DNA of 63,793 bases, filler included, from Sphacelaria rigidula (taxonomy: Eukaryota): NCBI GenBank assembly GCA_964200075.2. It is 7 parts of 7 records of this genome, joined end to end, with 100 filler letters (N's around TTAATTAATTAA, not from the genome) between each part and the next. Parts side by side here need not be neighbours in the genome. Positions count along the whole stretch, not along the records: positions 36,514 to 45,541 come from CAXNAA020009475.1; positions 45,642 to 54,667 come from CAXNAA020009477.1; 5 more parts are not named here. One strand, written 5' to 3'. This document shows positions 36,514 to 48,182 of this stretch, in pieces; position 1 is the first letter of the stretch, and each line of letters begins with the position of its first letter. Position numbers and translations under genes: made by a program. The notes beneath the pieces were generated by a model, which saw nothing but the letters and a program-made list of their open reading frames with translations, did no database searches and was not told the DNA's origin.

Positions 36514-39411
36514 TCATTTGTTGCTTGCCTTAGTCATTTGACCATTACGCAGGGGGGGGAACGAAGCCGAAACTGCCAGTTCCATCTTCAGGCCTTCCCC
36601 CTTCCCATCAAATACCACTGAAGAAGCATCGACGGCAGCGTCTTCTACCCGAAGGTGTTCACGACCCATCGACGGCGTCCTGCAAATCCGCTTCTTCATC
36701 CTTTCATCGCAATCATCGCTAGAGTTCCAGCCAATCGTGCTGCTCCCACCTTCATCAGAGTACGTGGCTCCGCAAACACTCCTTCGCAACCTCTGCCTGG
36801 AACACTGAAGAGGAGCAGACGCTTCCAATTTCACCCTCGTGTGCGGCCTTGTCCACAGAGATCCTTCTTCGGCACCCTCGGCGGGCTGCGGCGGTGCAGT
36901 ACCAGCAAGTTTGGAACTCACGAACGAAACAGTACCGAACCCGACGTCACCCGCACCGTCACCCGCACCAGCCTTGTGACTAGTGGAATATTTGGGCTGT
37001 CTGTCCTTGGTGGAACTTGCATCGAAGATGTCTCCATATTGCCCTTGCCCGGTTGCTTGAGATACGGCATGTTGGCATATGTTCATCTGTTCGACGCCAT
37101 CAACGCGGTACACACACCGATTCGAACAGCCCTTGTTGCTCGCTACATTGACCATCCCCGGCCCATCGTGGTTGTCACAGAAGAGTCTTACCCTACTTCC
37201 TGCTGCACCGTACGATGGTTCCTTGAAGCCGCCTTCGTTGCTGCACTTGTTGCTCACAACATTGACCATCCCCGGCCCAGCGTGGTCGCGACAGGAGGGT
37301 CTTACCCTACTTCCCGCTACACCGTACGATGGTTGTTTCGAGTAGCCTTCGTCGCCGTACTTCTTGCTCACTACATTGACCATCTCTGCCCGGGCGTGAC
37401 CGGCACAAAACTCCGCCAACCGGCTTCCCGCTAAACCGTACGATGGTTTCTTGAAGCAGCCGTTGTTGCTGCACTTCTTACTCGCTACGTTGACCATCCC
37501 CGGCCCTGCGTGGTCGCCACAGAAGAGTTTTACCCTACTTCCCGCTGCACCGTGCGATGGTCGTTTGGAGCAGCCCTTGCTGCCGCACTTCTTGCTCCTT
37601 ACATTGACCATCCCTGCCCTGGCGTGATCGGCACAGAACTCCGCCTTTCGGCTTCCCGCTGCACGGTACACGGCATGTTTGGCGCAGCCTTCGTTGCCGC
37701 ACTTTTTGTCCCTCACATTGACCATCTCCACCCTCGCGTGATCAGCACAAAATTCCGCTTTCCGACTCCCCGCTACACCGTACGATGGTTGTTTGGAGCA
37801 GCCGTCGTTGTTGCACTTCTTGCTCGCTACATTGACCATCCCTGCCGTGGCGTGATCGGCACAGAATTCCGCTTTCCGACTCCCCGCTACACCGTACAGT
37901 GGATATTTGGCGCAGCCGTCGTTGTTGCACTTGTTGCTCCTCACATTGACCATCCCTGCCCTGGCGTGATCGGCACAGTACTCCGCTTTCCGGCTTCCCG
38001 CTACACCGTACAGTGGATGTTTGGCGCAGCCCTCGTTGTTGCACTTCTTACTCGCTACATTGACCATCCCTGCCCTGGCGTGATCGGCACAGAACTCCGC
38101 CTTCCGGCTTCCTGCTACACCGTAAGATGGCTGTTTGGAGCAGCCTTCGTTGTCGCACCTCTTGTTCACAACATTAACCATCCCTGCCCTAGCGTGATCG
38201 GCACAAAACTCCGGTTTTCGGCTTCCCTCTACACCATACGATGGTTCCTTGAAGCAGCCCTTGCTGCCGCACTTCTTGCTCCTTACATTGACCATCCCTG
38301 CCCTGGCATGAGCGGCACAGAACTCCACCTTCCGGCTTCCCGCTATACCGTACATTGCACGCGTGGAACAGCTCTCATTGGCGCACTCCTTCTTCACTAC
38401 ATCGACCATCCCCAGCCTAGTGTGGTTGGCACAAAACTCCGCCAACCGGCTTCCCGCTACACCGAACGATGGTTGCGTGGAGCAGCCCTCCTTGCCGCAC
38501 TTCTTGCTCCTTACATTGACCATCCCTACCCTGGCATGATTGGCACAGAACTCCGCCTTCCCACTGCCCGCTACACCGTATGATGATTTCTTGGAGCAGC
38601 TCTCGTTGCTGCACTTCAGCTTCGCTAAATAAATCATGTCCGCCCTGGCGTGATCGGCACAGAACTCCGCTTTCCGGCTTCCCGCTAAACCGTATGATGG
38701 TTGTTTGGAGCAGTCCTTGTTGCCGCACGTCTTCCTCACAACATCAATCATCCCTTCTCTGGCATGATCGAAACAGAACTCCGCCAACCGGCTTCCCGCT
38801 ATACCGTAAGATGCACGTTTGGAGCAGCTCTCACTCGCGCACTTCTTGTTCGCTACATCGACCATCCCCGGCTTCGCGTGATCGGCACAAAACTCCGCTT
38901 TCCGACTGCCCGCTACACCGTACGAGGGTATCTTGGAGCAGCTCCCGTTGCCGCACTTCTTGCTCGTCACATTAACCATTCCTGCCCTGCGGTGATGGGC
39001 ACAGAACTCCCCCTTCCGGCTTCCCGCTACACCGTAAGATGCACGTTTGACGCAGCTCTCATGTGCGCACTTCTTGTTCGCTACATCGACCATCCCCAGC
39101 CTCGCGTGATTGGCACAGAACTCCGCCAGTCGGCTTCCCGCTACACCGTACGATGGTTTTTTGGAGCAACTCTCGTTGCCGCACTTCTTGTTCGTCACAT
39201 TTATCATCTCCACCCTCGCGTGATCGGCACAGAATTCTGCTTTCCGACTCCCCGCTACACCGTACGATGGTTGCTTGGAGCAGCCCTCCTTACCGCACCC
39301 CTTCCGGTCTTTTTTTACCATCCCAACCCTGTTCGCGGGCTCTCCTACGACGTCGACGCCCGTCGCGCTATCTCGTGAAACTTTCAAGCAGCCCTTCTGG
39401 CGTACTACCAA
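36514..39411 (-). CDS. EsV-1-7 cysteine-rich repeat protein (intronless ORF; first ATG at 39321)
   Basis: 965-aa ORF with 19 tandem ~38-aa repeats (KCxxEGCSKQPSYGVAGSRKAEFCADHARAGMVNV; C-x4-C-x16-C-x2-H) plus one degenerate repeat. Matches the EsV-1-7 repeat of brown algae and phaeoviruses. Confidence 0.9.
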   Translation of the reverse strand: MVVRQKGCLKVSRDSATGVDVVGEPANRVGMVKKDRKGCGKEGCSKQPSYGVAGSRKAEFCADHARVEMINVTNKKCGNESCSKKPSYGVAGSRLAEFCANHARLGMVDVANKKCAHESCVKRASYGVAGSRKGEFCAHHRRAGMVNVTSKKCGNGSCSKIPSYGVAGSRKAEFCADHAKPGMVDVANKKCASESCSKRASYGIAGSRLAEFCFDHAREGMIDVVRKTCGNKDCSKQPSYGLAGSRKAEFCADHARADMIYLAKLKCSNESCSKKSSYGVAGSGKAEFCANHARVGMVNVRSKKCGKEGCSTQPSFGVAGSRLAEFCANHTRLGMVDVVKKECANESCSTRAMYGIAGSRKVEFCAAHARAGMVNVRSKKCGSKGCFKEPSYGVEGSRKPEFCADHARAGMVNVVNKRCDNEGCSKQPSYGVAGSRKAEFCADHARAGMVNVASKKCNNEGCAKHPLYGVAGSRKAEYCADHARAGMVNVRSNKCNNDGCAKYPLYGVAGSRKAEFCADHATAGMVNVASKKCNNDGCSKQPSYGVAGSRKAEFCADHARVEMVNVRDKKCGNEGCAKHAVYRAAGSRKAEFCADHARAGMVNVRSKKCGSKGCSKRPSHGAAGSRVKLFCGDHAGPGMVNVASKKCSNNGCFKKPSYGLAGSRLAEFCAGHARAEMVNVVSKKYGDEGYSKQPSYGVAGSRVRPSCRDHAGPGMVNVVSNKCSNEGGFKEPSYGAAGSRVRLFCDNHDGPGMVNVASNKGCSNRCVYRVDGVEQMNICQHAVSQATGQGQYGDIFDASSTKDRQPKYSTSHKAGAGDGAGDVGFGTVSFVSSKLAGTAPPQPAEGAEEGSLWTRPHTRVKLEASAPLQCSRQRLRRSVCGATYSDEGGSSTIGWNSSDDCDERMKKRICRTPSMGREHLRVEDAAVDASSVVFDGKGEGLKMELAVSASFPPLRNGQMTKASNK
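37130..39300 (-). repeat. Coding 114-bp tandem repeat array (19 units)
   Basis: Recurrent CCCGCTACACCGTACGATGG and ACATTGACCATCCC at ~114-bp spacing. Confidence 0.9.
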
Positions 39412-39891
39412 GCTAGCATCGCCGCCATGGCGGCAGAACGAAAGGCTTTAGCACACTCAATATCGGCTGCTTCTGGCAATCCCACCGACGAATGGCCAGA
39501 AGAAAGGGGCAGGCTGTCCCTCCTGATGCTGCCTGAGAACATCCAACAGATTCAAAAGCCGGGTCAAATATTGTCAAGTGTTCGTCTACTGCGGCATACG
39601 GTACTTCGAGGGGAATGGTAAGTGCGGGTTGTTCATATCTCGAGTGGGCCTTCACTATGTGATGAGCCCGGGTAGGTCTTTGCTCTATGGAATGTTTCAT
39701 TCCCAAACGTAGTGCTGCCGCTTCGTAGAAAGCTTTGAAAACCCCACAAATTTCCTTCACTGAATCCGCCACTGGATTGCGCAACCCATGCAAAAAAGCA
39801 ACACAAACACATGTCACACGCCACGATCGAAAACCAGCAGTGTGGGACAATGTTATCGATCCAAAACACACACTACAGGCTTGATATTTTT

Positions 39892-40121
39892 CACGGTTTG
39901 GACAAATTCTCACGCCTTAAAATCACCAAATTCAAGATTTCTTCGGTCTGATCGCTGGTCTAAGGGGTATCCACGCAACTTTTGCGCCTTTCCACGTGTA
40001 TAGGCTGGGTGTACCTGGGTTGCGACGCTGAAATCAAGCCTAGGGATTGATTCGTCACGAGTCGACTCATGATACTAAAACCAAGTAATTTCCAGACGAA
40101 TCATTATATGTCCGACCCTTG
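39892..40121 (-). mobile_element. hAT-like MITE, copy 3
   Basis: Reverse complement of the 31093 family (CACGGTTTGGACA...TGTCCGACCCTTG). The TSD has decayed. Confidence 0.75.
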
Positions 40122-42175
40122 ATTTTCTCCATCATTGAGAGTTGGAATATCTCGAGCCTATACGAGAAATTCGTAGTCCACCCTCTGTTGCCATCAGTTG
40201 TGCAATGGACAAAGCTTGACAAAATTCAAATACACATGTCTTTGCCTGAGGAAACCTCCTTCGCTCAACTTTAGCCATTTACACCTTTGAAGTGACATAA
40301 TTGAGAGGATGTTAACGTCCTCGTCGTAGGTACCACCCTAAACATTTGTGCACGAGTACGTGCTGCCCCCGTAGTTGTGCATATTAACACAACTGGTCGA
40401 GAACTCCGGGCCTCGAAAGGAAGGCAGGTTTTTCGGCGACTGATGTCCACAAAACCTTCAGTTTCCGCAACACTCACTGACATGCTTGCAACAAACGAGT
40501 ACGGAAAACTATCGAATAAGCACGCAAAAACTACAATACAAAAGACAAGGCGTAGACAACCGGAGTTGTTCTTCCCATGAATAGGTCGGGAATCCTTTCA
40601 AAAATGTACGGAATCCTGATCTATTCTCGGTCAATTCTGACCCATCTTCCAAGCGACAGCTTAGGAAGACGACATACTCGAGGGAAGGCATTCGAAACGA
40701 CTTTCGTAGTGACGATGATAAAAGCAACGAACACTATAATTCCTACTTTTTCATGCGAGAAGCGGGAGCCAATGCGTTGCTGATTGCTAGACCTAATCCG
40801 CACACTTAGGCTCAACGTAACCAGGAGATGATGGGGAAAACCTATTTACTTCGAAATTTAGGATAATTAAGCTACCCAAGTCAACTTGTTGAAGGAGTAG
40901 TGCGTATCGATGTCTACCGACTACGGACTGTCCATTACGTAGGCAAGTCGCCAAGTCATGGTATAGCTTCAGCGGTGAAGTTCATGCCTGAAGACGTTCA
41001 TTTCGCGGTGGTTGGAAATTATAAAAAGCTCAGGTCTCGCCTAAGCACCGGTACATGACAATGCCAATGAATTCCGGTCGACAGCTCAAAACGAATGCAT
41101 GGCCACATCATCTACGCTCAACAAATACACGATCCTTGACGAAGCCATGATGGTCTGCGCCATTTACTTCAAGTTCCTCCACAGTATTCCTTGAGGGTTG
41201 ATGCTGAGTTTACGAACGAAAATGGCTTCACATGCGCAGGGAGATTCACCATATGCACCGCCCCCCGTGTGTGCCACGAAATACAACAAAGCATGCGATT
41301 GGGACATCCCATTGCATGTGGTCGTGGTAATCTTGGATCGTTTGGTATGGATCGGAACCGAGGTGCTGGAGAAAAAAAAAGGATCAGGAGCACACTAGGT
41401 GATCCCCGAGTAATACAGGCGTGGTCACAAAATAGGCGTGCTCAAGCGACAAAAGGTGATTACTCGCTGTTAACAGTGGAAACTCGAGCGAGGGTAATGA
41501 TAAAACAAATGTGACGAAAATACGGCACACATGGAACACGTGCTACAAACGTACTATATGTACCATCACATGGACCACTCTTCATCTTACTCTCGTTCGA
41601 CGAGACTGAGCCTGACTGCAATCCTGTCTGATTCTTTGCTCCCACGCCGATGACATAGTGTTACATGTCTTTGTCAACAGTGATACCACCGCTGGCGTGC
41701 AATCAGTTCTTCAGCTGCCATCACGCAGAAGCGCTTCTCCACAGACATCACCCTTCCAACCTCCCCTCCTTCTGCTCCCAGCTTGCCCTCGGACGGTACA
41801 ACATTGTGAGTAGGAGCCATAGCCTAGACGGGTCGCTGAGGTTTTCGATACATGTCGATACTTTGCATCGTAGACAGCACCCATTCGGGTCTTGACGTGT
41901 GCTCTAGTTGGAAGTATCGAGGCCGGAACGTACCTTGGGTTCGTGTATGCATATGCTGGACACGCGGTTGCCCCCCGAGCAACATGTTTCAACATGCACT
42001 CCCCCCGCCAGCCGTGGATATATCGACAGATCGGTATATCGAGTCAAGAGAGCAGAAAATAGTTATCGGGCAACATATGTCGAGCACAAAGAGTATTATT
42101 ACATTATCCCACAAGGTTCCCCTTTGGGAGGTTGGTACGGGCCTTCAAGGGGTGACGCAAATCGAAAATAAAAGG

Positions 42176-42610
42176 TCAAGAGACGCTGTTGAATCTTAAC
42201 GCACAGTAGTGATCGTAGCTGTACAAAACATCGCATGTGTTATCGGATGGTGGCTCCGGATAGGGTTTACCAACTTGAGTTACACGGATGTGAAGGTTGT
42301 ACAACTGTTGGGAGGCAATAATTTCGATATGTGTGGCATATGCGTACGGATGCGACATGAGCTGAAGGTAACGTTGAACGCCACTGTACGTTCGGTCGGG
42401 ACAACCAGCAGTCCGTATCTGTTCGAGATCAGTTCCAGCCGAGATTGAAGCTTGCAGTGTCATGCATCCAGAATATGGAATTGGATCATGAAGGTGTTCG
42501 GAAATGCGTTGGATAAGTTGCATCCTCACTGATGTGTGCACATTTGGGTAGTTGGAAACTCGTCGGGCAATATATCGTAGCAAGCAAGCTTCTTCTCCAA
42601 TTTTATTGAC
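42176..42610 (-). pseudogene. Degenerate OTU-like cysteine protease domain
   Basis: HTSVRMQL...YLQLMSHPYAYATHIEIIASQQLYNLHIRV...VLYSYDHYCAL follows the OTU core pattern. The upstream LACYDILPD is in another frame and lacks the GNC catalytic motif. Confidence 0.55.
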
Positions 42611-45600
42611 TTATTCCCCAGTTCGTCGCGGATGTCGTTGGTCATCGCAATTATCGTTTTCGTCGTTGTGGCCGCCACGGCCGCTGTCAGCGTCACCGCT
42701 GACGCCGGAACAGCTGGCCTAGGACATGTGTGATATGCCCGAGGTGCCAGAGTGCGAAGTAGCTCTCGTGTCACGACGACATGACAGCGGGAGGAACTTC
42801 CCAAATAATTGGAATGCGTGGAACATTCTTGACATGCTCTTCCTCACTTGGCAAGCTCGCGGATATTTTCTCTCAATGCTTAGCTCCTTCTCTGCACATG
42901 AGAGTTGCGTTTATTTCGAGAGCCGGCCGAACTTTCCACCGGGCTTTTTTCATCGGTCTTTTTTTTACCGGGCCATCTTGTTTCAGCGGGCATGTTCTTG
43001 CAGTGCTGTCGTTTTTCGACGCATATGAAGGTGTGCATTTCTCCCGGTAAAGGAGTGGTGGTTCTTGTCTGAAACGATTGCACATCAATGTGGCTACCAC
43101 ATCACCAGGCCTCTAGTTTCAAACAGGGTGATTCTTTTTGTGGGAAAACATTCCTGTGCTGCCGTGCGGCTGTGCCTTGTTCAGGTCGTCAACGGCCCAT
43201 TGCGCGGTCTTGTGTTTGCTGCTGACTAAGTTCAAGGCAACCCTCAAATGCTTTCAACTCCTTTGCTCTCATGTTCTCGTGACATTGGCGGCATAACCGG
43301 TGTGTTCGTGCTCCCGAATAAACGAGAAAGCGACAAAGAGAAACGCGGGGAAAAAATACCCCGCCGAAAGTAATCCTGCTTCAGGTTTACCGTCACCTTG
43401 AAAAGGCTTTCGTGGTTCGGGATCGACACCCCGCCAAAAAGAAGTTTGAGCGACTTTCGGTGGTCGGAACACGCGTCACAGGTGTCAGATGACACACAAA
43501 CCTGAACGGTGACGTACCGCTGAGCTTTCTTGGTGTGCTGCAAAAGAAAGCGCGGGAAGAAATACCTTGCTGCCAGAGAAAACTCGACAAAAGTGGTGAA
43601 ACATGTGAAATGATGTCTGTAGATGTGTAGTGTACATAGCGGGCCGTCGACATAGTGCAAGAACAGTGCATATTCAGAACATAGCGGAAAAACGTACATT
43701 GGAGGCGTGTCGGTAGGTTACATCCAACACACGATTGCACCTTTTTCGATCTCGCGAAAAACAGTACAAATTCCCACATGCGAGCTTTCGTCACCGGAAA
43801 AACGTCACTTCCAGTTCCGCGCACGAATCTATGCCGCTAGTATACTTGAACTTAGAGTGGTGCGCCGCTTTGATGTGCTGCATCATCTACGGTAACAGAA
43901 AAATCAACCATATCTTGCCCAACAAAACGTCAGTTGTAATCGTCACTTTTCCATCAACGGTTCAGAGAGGGTTAAATGTCTCGTCGGCACATGTTGCACC
44001 TGTAGGCCCACCCGTATATCCCACGCCCAATACACATACTGAACTCATCTATGCCCAACCTGCAAGACACTCACTCACGCACAATGTGTTGTGCCGGTAA
44101 TATATCGCCCCTTTCGGGCGTGAAACATGTTGCGCGGTCAATACATATTGCGCTTGTCCAGTATATAATGTTATGCACAATCGATATGTGCCAGTGCACC
44201 CACCCAAGGAACATGCTGTGCGGATAACATACCTCCAAGTCATTCGTGGCCGGCTATATGTACGACGGATACAGATTACATCCCTGAATCGGTCTACACG
44301 TTGTTCGCTCAATACATAACCGACTCGCCTTTGCGCCAGGATGTCGTTCAGGCAACATATCTTGTATTCCGCAAATGCGTATTTGTAGAGTACAACATAT
44401 CAGGTCAGGCACAAGTTCGAGAAAAACTCAAGGTTATCTTCATTTCCCCGTGAGTTCGGACGGATTCCCCGTTTGATTGACGAGATATCTCGACAGGACG
44501 TAGAGGCGTGTCCATTCTTTTCATCTCTCCATTGCATCGGCCAGGTTTTTCAGACCCGCAGTCGAAAGGTAACGTTCCAAGGTAGCCACGCAAAGAAGCA
44601 TTATTTCTCCTCCGGTGGAGAGTATCTCCCTGCGGAAGCGAGCTGCAGGCTGGAATGCTTGCCCTCTGGAAAAAGCACAACATCAACACATAAGCTCGGA
44701 CGGGAAAACTCTAAGGCCGCTTCTTTTTTACTGAGAAACATCCCTGAGAAGAGTAGTTTTGGTGAGTCTCCAGAGACGCTTTTCAGAACGCGTCCTTATA
44801 GGGTCATTTTTCATGAAAAAAGTCTCTGGAAACTGGTCACGATTTGCGGACAGCGGGATTATGCCAAATCTCTCTGCGAAAAGCCATCGATTCGACAGAC
44901 TTTTCTCTGTCTGGGAATCATTGTTTCATCACACATTCCTCGCACACCGCACCCGCAATGGTACAGTCAGTGCAAAAGTAGTTGTCCATGTTGTATGTGC
45001 AGTACAGTACCAATAGCATAGCTCTACAGCACTCCGTGCATCCTTTTCATGACCGTAGAACCAGGGACAGACAGTACAGACAGTGCAGTCCTCTTTTGCC
45101 GGCAGCGTTGCTACCGTAAAATAGCACGATGTCGCCCCTGCTGGCTGCGTTGACTGCTCGTATCGTTTCATGCTCGACGTGCCCGCCATCGATTGCGGAC
45201 TCTGTAGCATTCTGCGTACTTAGATGGTTACTACCACACTACTAACTGTCACGTGAACTTGTTGTGTGCGGTATGGCACAAACCGTCTGCTGCACACACT
45301 GCGCCGCCTGCGACACGAATACTGTACCAAGCGGCGATCGCCTGAAGCAAGGGTTGATACGCCCATCATTTCGATCCCTATTACACCAGTAGCTACTGTG
45401 CGTGTGCGTGTGCGTGTTGCCATCCCATCCATCCTGTACCTCGACAGGATTACTCACGTGCTGGTTTACCGCAGGTGGCACAAGCACAAAATGCAAATGA
45501 TGACCCCTACCAGCGTCTGCACGCAGGCTAGATGATGGCCTNNNNNNNNNNNNNNNNNNNNNNNNNNNNNNNNNNNNNNNNNNNNTTAATTAATTAANNN

Positions 45601-48182
45601 NNNNNNNNNNNNNNNNNNNNNNNNNNNNNNNNNNNNNNNNNGCGTTTGCCCCAGGTGGCGCACGCAGAAGTAAAAGGCCGCCTCCGCCGCTGTAATGGCT
45701 GCCTGTATCTTGTGCGAAGCTGTATGGTAACACAGCCGCGGCTGGTACGCCCATATATATATATATATACCGAAACATGGAGACCGGCATCTAGAATAGA
45801 TTTGACGACAACACACACAACACGCTGTGCGCAGTACACTTTCAACACCGTGTTCGTAGTGCCTGTAGAAATCTTTGTCCGTGGTCTAGCACATTTCCAC
45901 ATATAATGCAGGGTCTGGTAAATTCCCATTTCTAATGCAGGGTCTACTACATTTCCACGTGTAAAAATATATGTAATGTTACTCGGTGATAACGTGAAAA
46001 ATTTCCGCAACATCTGGGCGAATTGCAGGTGAGGTAATAACTGAAATATTCACCTGCAAACTCTGCTCCAGTGCACTGTAAGTTGATATCGCTAGAAGAA
46101 CCCTACCATAACCACCTTGCCGGCTGCCAGACTGCCAGGACGTAGGATCCGCTAGCATAGCTACTATCTGCAGGGAGATATTGCCTCTTGTCGAGTACGT
46201 GGGGAAGGGTCCGTGGTAAGACGCAGTGGTAAGCCTGACGTTCTCTCTCTAGACGTCGATTTGGAGGATGATACTGGGTTGGCGGCTGCAACTGCTGTGA
46301 GTCCAGGTGCCCCTTGGAGCAAGATGCGTTTGGTTTCTTTTTTACAAAGTTTCCCCCCCCAAAACGTAATCAAAAGGGGTTTTAGGGTGGAAAAATCGAG
46401 CAGAAAAAATAGTCGCAAAAAAACGGTTAGTCGACTTCTCACCCGGAGCAGAAACCAATAATTGAAACATAATATCGTGAGACCAAGAGTCTAGGATACG
46501 ATCGAAAGTCAGAAGCGTTCAATAAATGAATGAAATATTTCAGTTCCGAAATGCCCCCTACACGAGGTTTGATACATTTTCTGTAGTAGATTGCCACTGA
46601 CTCCTTTGATATCCCTGAGTAGGACATCGACGTGGAACTGTAAGCACAAGATAGTGTTACAGCCAAAGACAAGCACACACAGAGAACGAAAAAGTGGCCA
46701 AGTTAGAGCGAACAATAAAACTCAGTGAACGCTGAACTCTCAATTTCACGAAAACAAGATTTTTCTCATCAAGTTGGACGGTCTGGTGGCTTATTATCCG
46801 CACGACTCGTCCCCACGTGGTACCAGAGCTCAGCAATCCCTCCGGGGCTCATACAACATTATGATTCGTGTGCAGTGAAGGGCTGCTCACCAACAAACAC
46901 CACCTAACCCAGAACACTCGAAGATCGTTATACATTATATATCTTCAGCATATTTCCAATACGCAGTACAGACCAACACGCACGCGGTTATCAACACCAT
47001 TGCAAAGCCCGTCGAACTCCGTTTCACGCATGGGCCGTGCACCACATTTGCAGTCTCCATCATCATGGCTTGGTAAAGATTATTAGTTCTGCACTGTCCG
47101 TATCGCGTGTCACGCAACAGTACTAAATAAAAGGTTGAGGCGCTACGTAGCTACACGCAAACCTAAATATTGGGGAAACACGGGAGCGAAAAACTAAACC
47201 AAACCAACGTTTATCCACACAATTTTCAATGACTTTGACATGTACGGGAAAGCAACAGATTGTGTATGTGTTGGAACACCTTCATCACTACGGGTATCGC
47301 CACCGACAAAAAATGATTACCGCGACCTATGCTGACCTATCCGGCAAAAATGCCATAGCTTCCGCAAAGCAAACAAGGTAGTAAAATGAATAATGCTATA
47401 CGCACCAAGCAGGATAGCGAACGTGCCCCCAATAGCCTATCCGGCAGAGTCGAGGTACACTTCTCCCCAGAGTCAAGTCACAAGATGAGTGAGCATAGAC
47501 CACGCGCGCCAACTATAAGAACAGCCATATCATACCCGAACAAGAATCACAATTTATGCGTTGGCAACAGCTCACACATCGCGCTACTAACAACCTGACC
47601 CCCCCACACACACAAGAAAAAACGCCATCACAGCAGTAAGGACTTTCCAAGACTTTTTGGGATGCAGCACGTGTGGGATCAGGTCACAGCCGTTGTTCGC
47701 GGTGACAGACACTCACTGGAGAATGACAAAATACTTCAATATTCAAGGGTTGATAAGCTCTTACGGCGGCTGATTATCAGTGCATGTAACTTAGGGTTTG
47801 TTTCCAAGACAACGACACCCAAATGGCATAAAACATCACCAAAAAAATAAATCACACCTGGGCACTAACACTCCATTTAATCAACCGGCGCACACCATCA
47901 ATACACAAGCAGATGGTAACCATGCTTCATCTGCAAATCGACAACGCAGGGAAGACAGAAACGAAAAATTGCAACTATGTAATAACTACGAAATAAGAGT
48001 ATCCCGCGTAGAATACACCCGGCGGTGAACACTTGCGCCGCGCATCCTTTTACGCCTCAAAACATTTGATACAACCCAATTCAATGCATCTGTCTCGAAG
48101 GGGCACACCAAGACAGAAGAGAGAACGCACCCGCACAAAAACACGATGATGAAATGGTCAACTCAACACGACAGTATACCAC

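Noticed and set aside
37130-39300. CRISPR-like array
   Set aside because: The units are contiguous in-frame coding repeats without unique spacers, and no cas genes are present.
36655-39378. Long + strand ORFs (259, 357 and 225 aa)
   Set aside because: Antisense shadows of the EsV-1-7 repeat ORF.
33052-39411. EsV-1-7 gene nested in a THOC5 intron
   Set aside because: An artificial linker between size-sorted contigs separates the two genes.
46200-46315. THOC5 N-terminal exon (HLDSQQLQ...)
   Set aside because: Only a few residues match and it is on a different contig.
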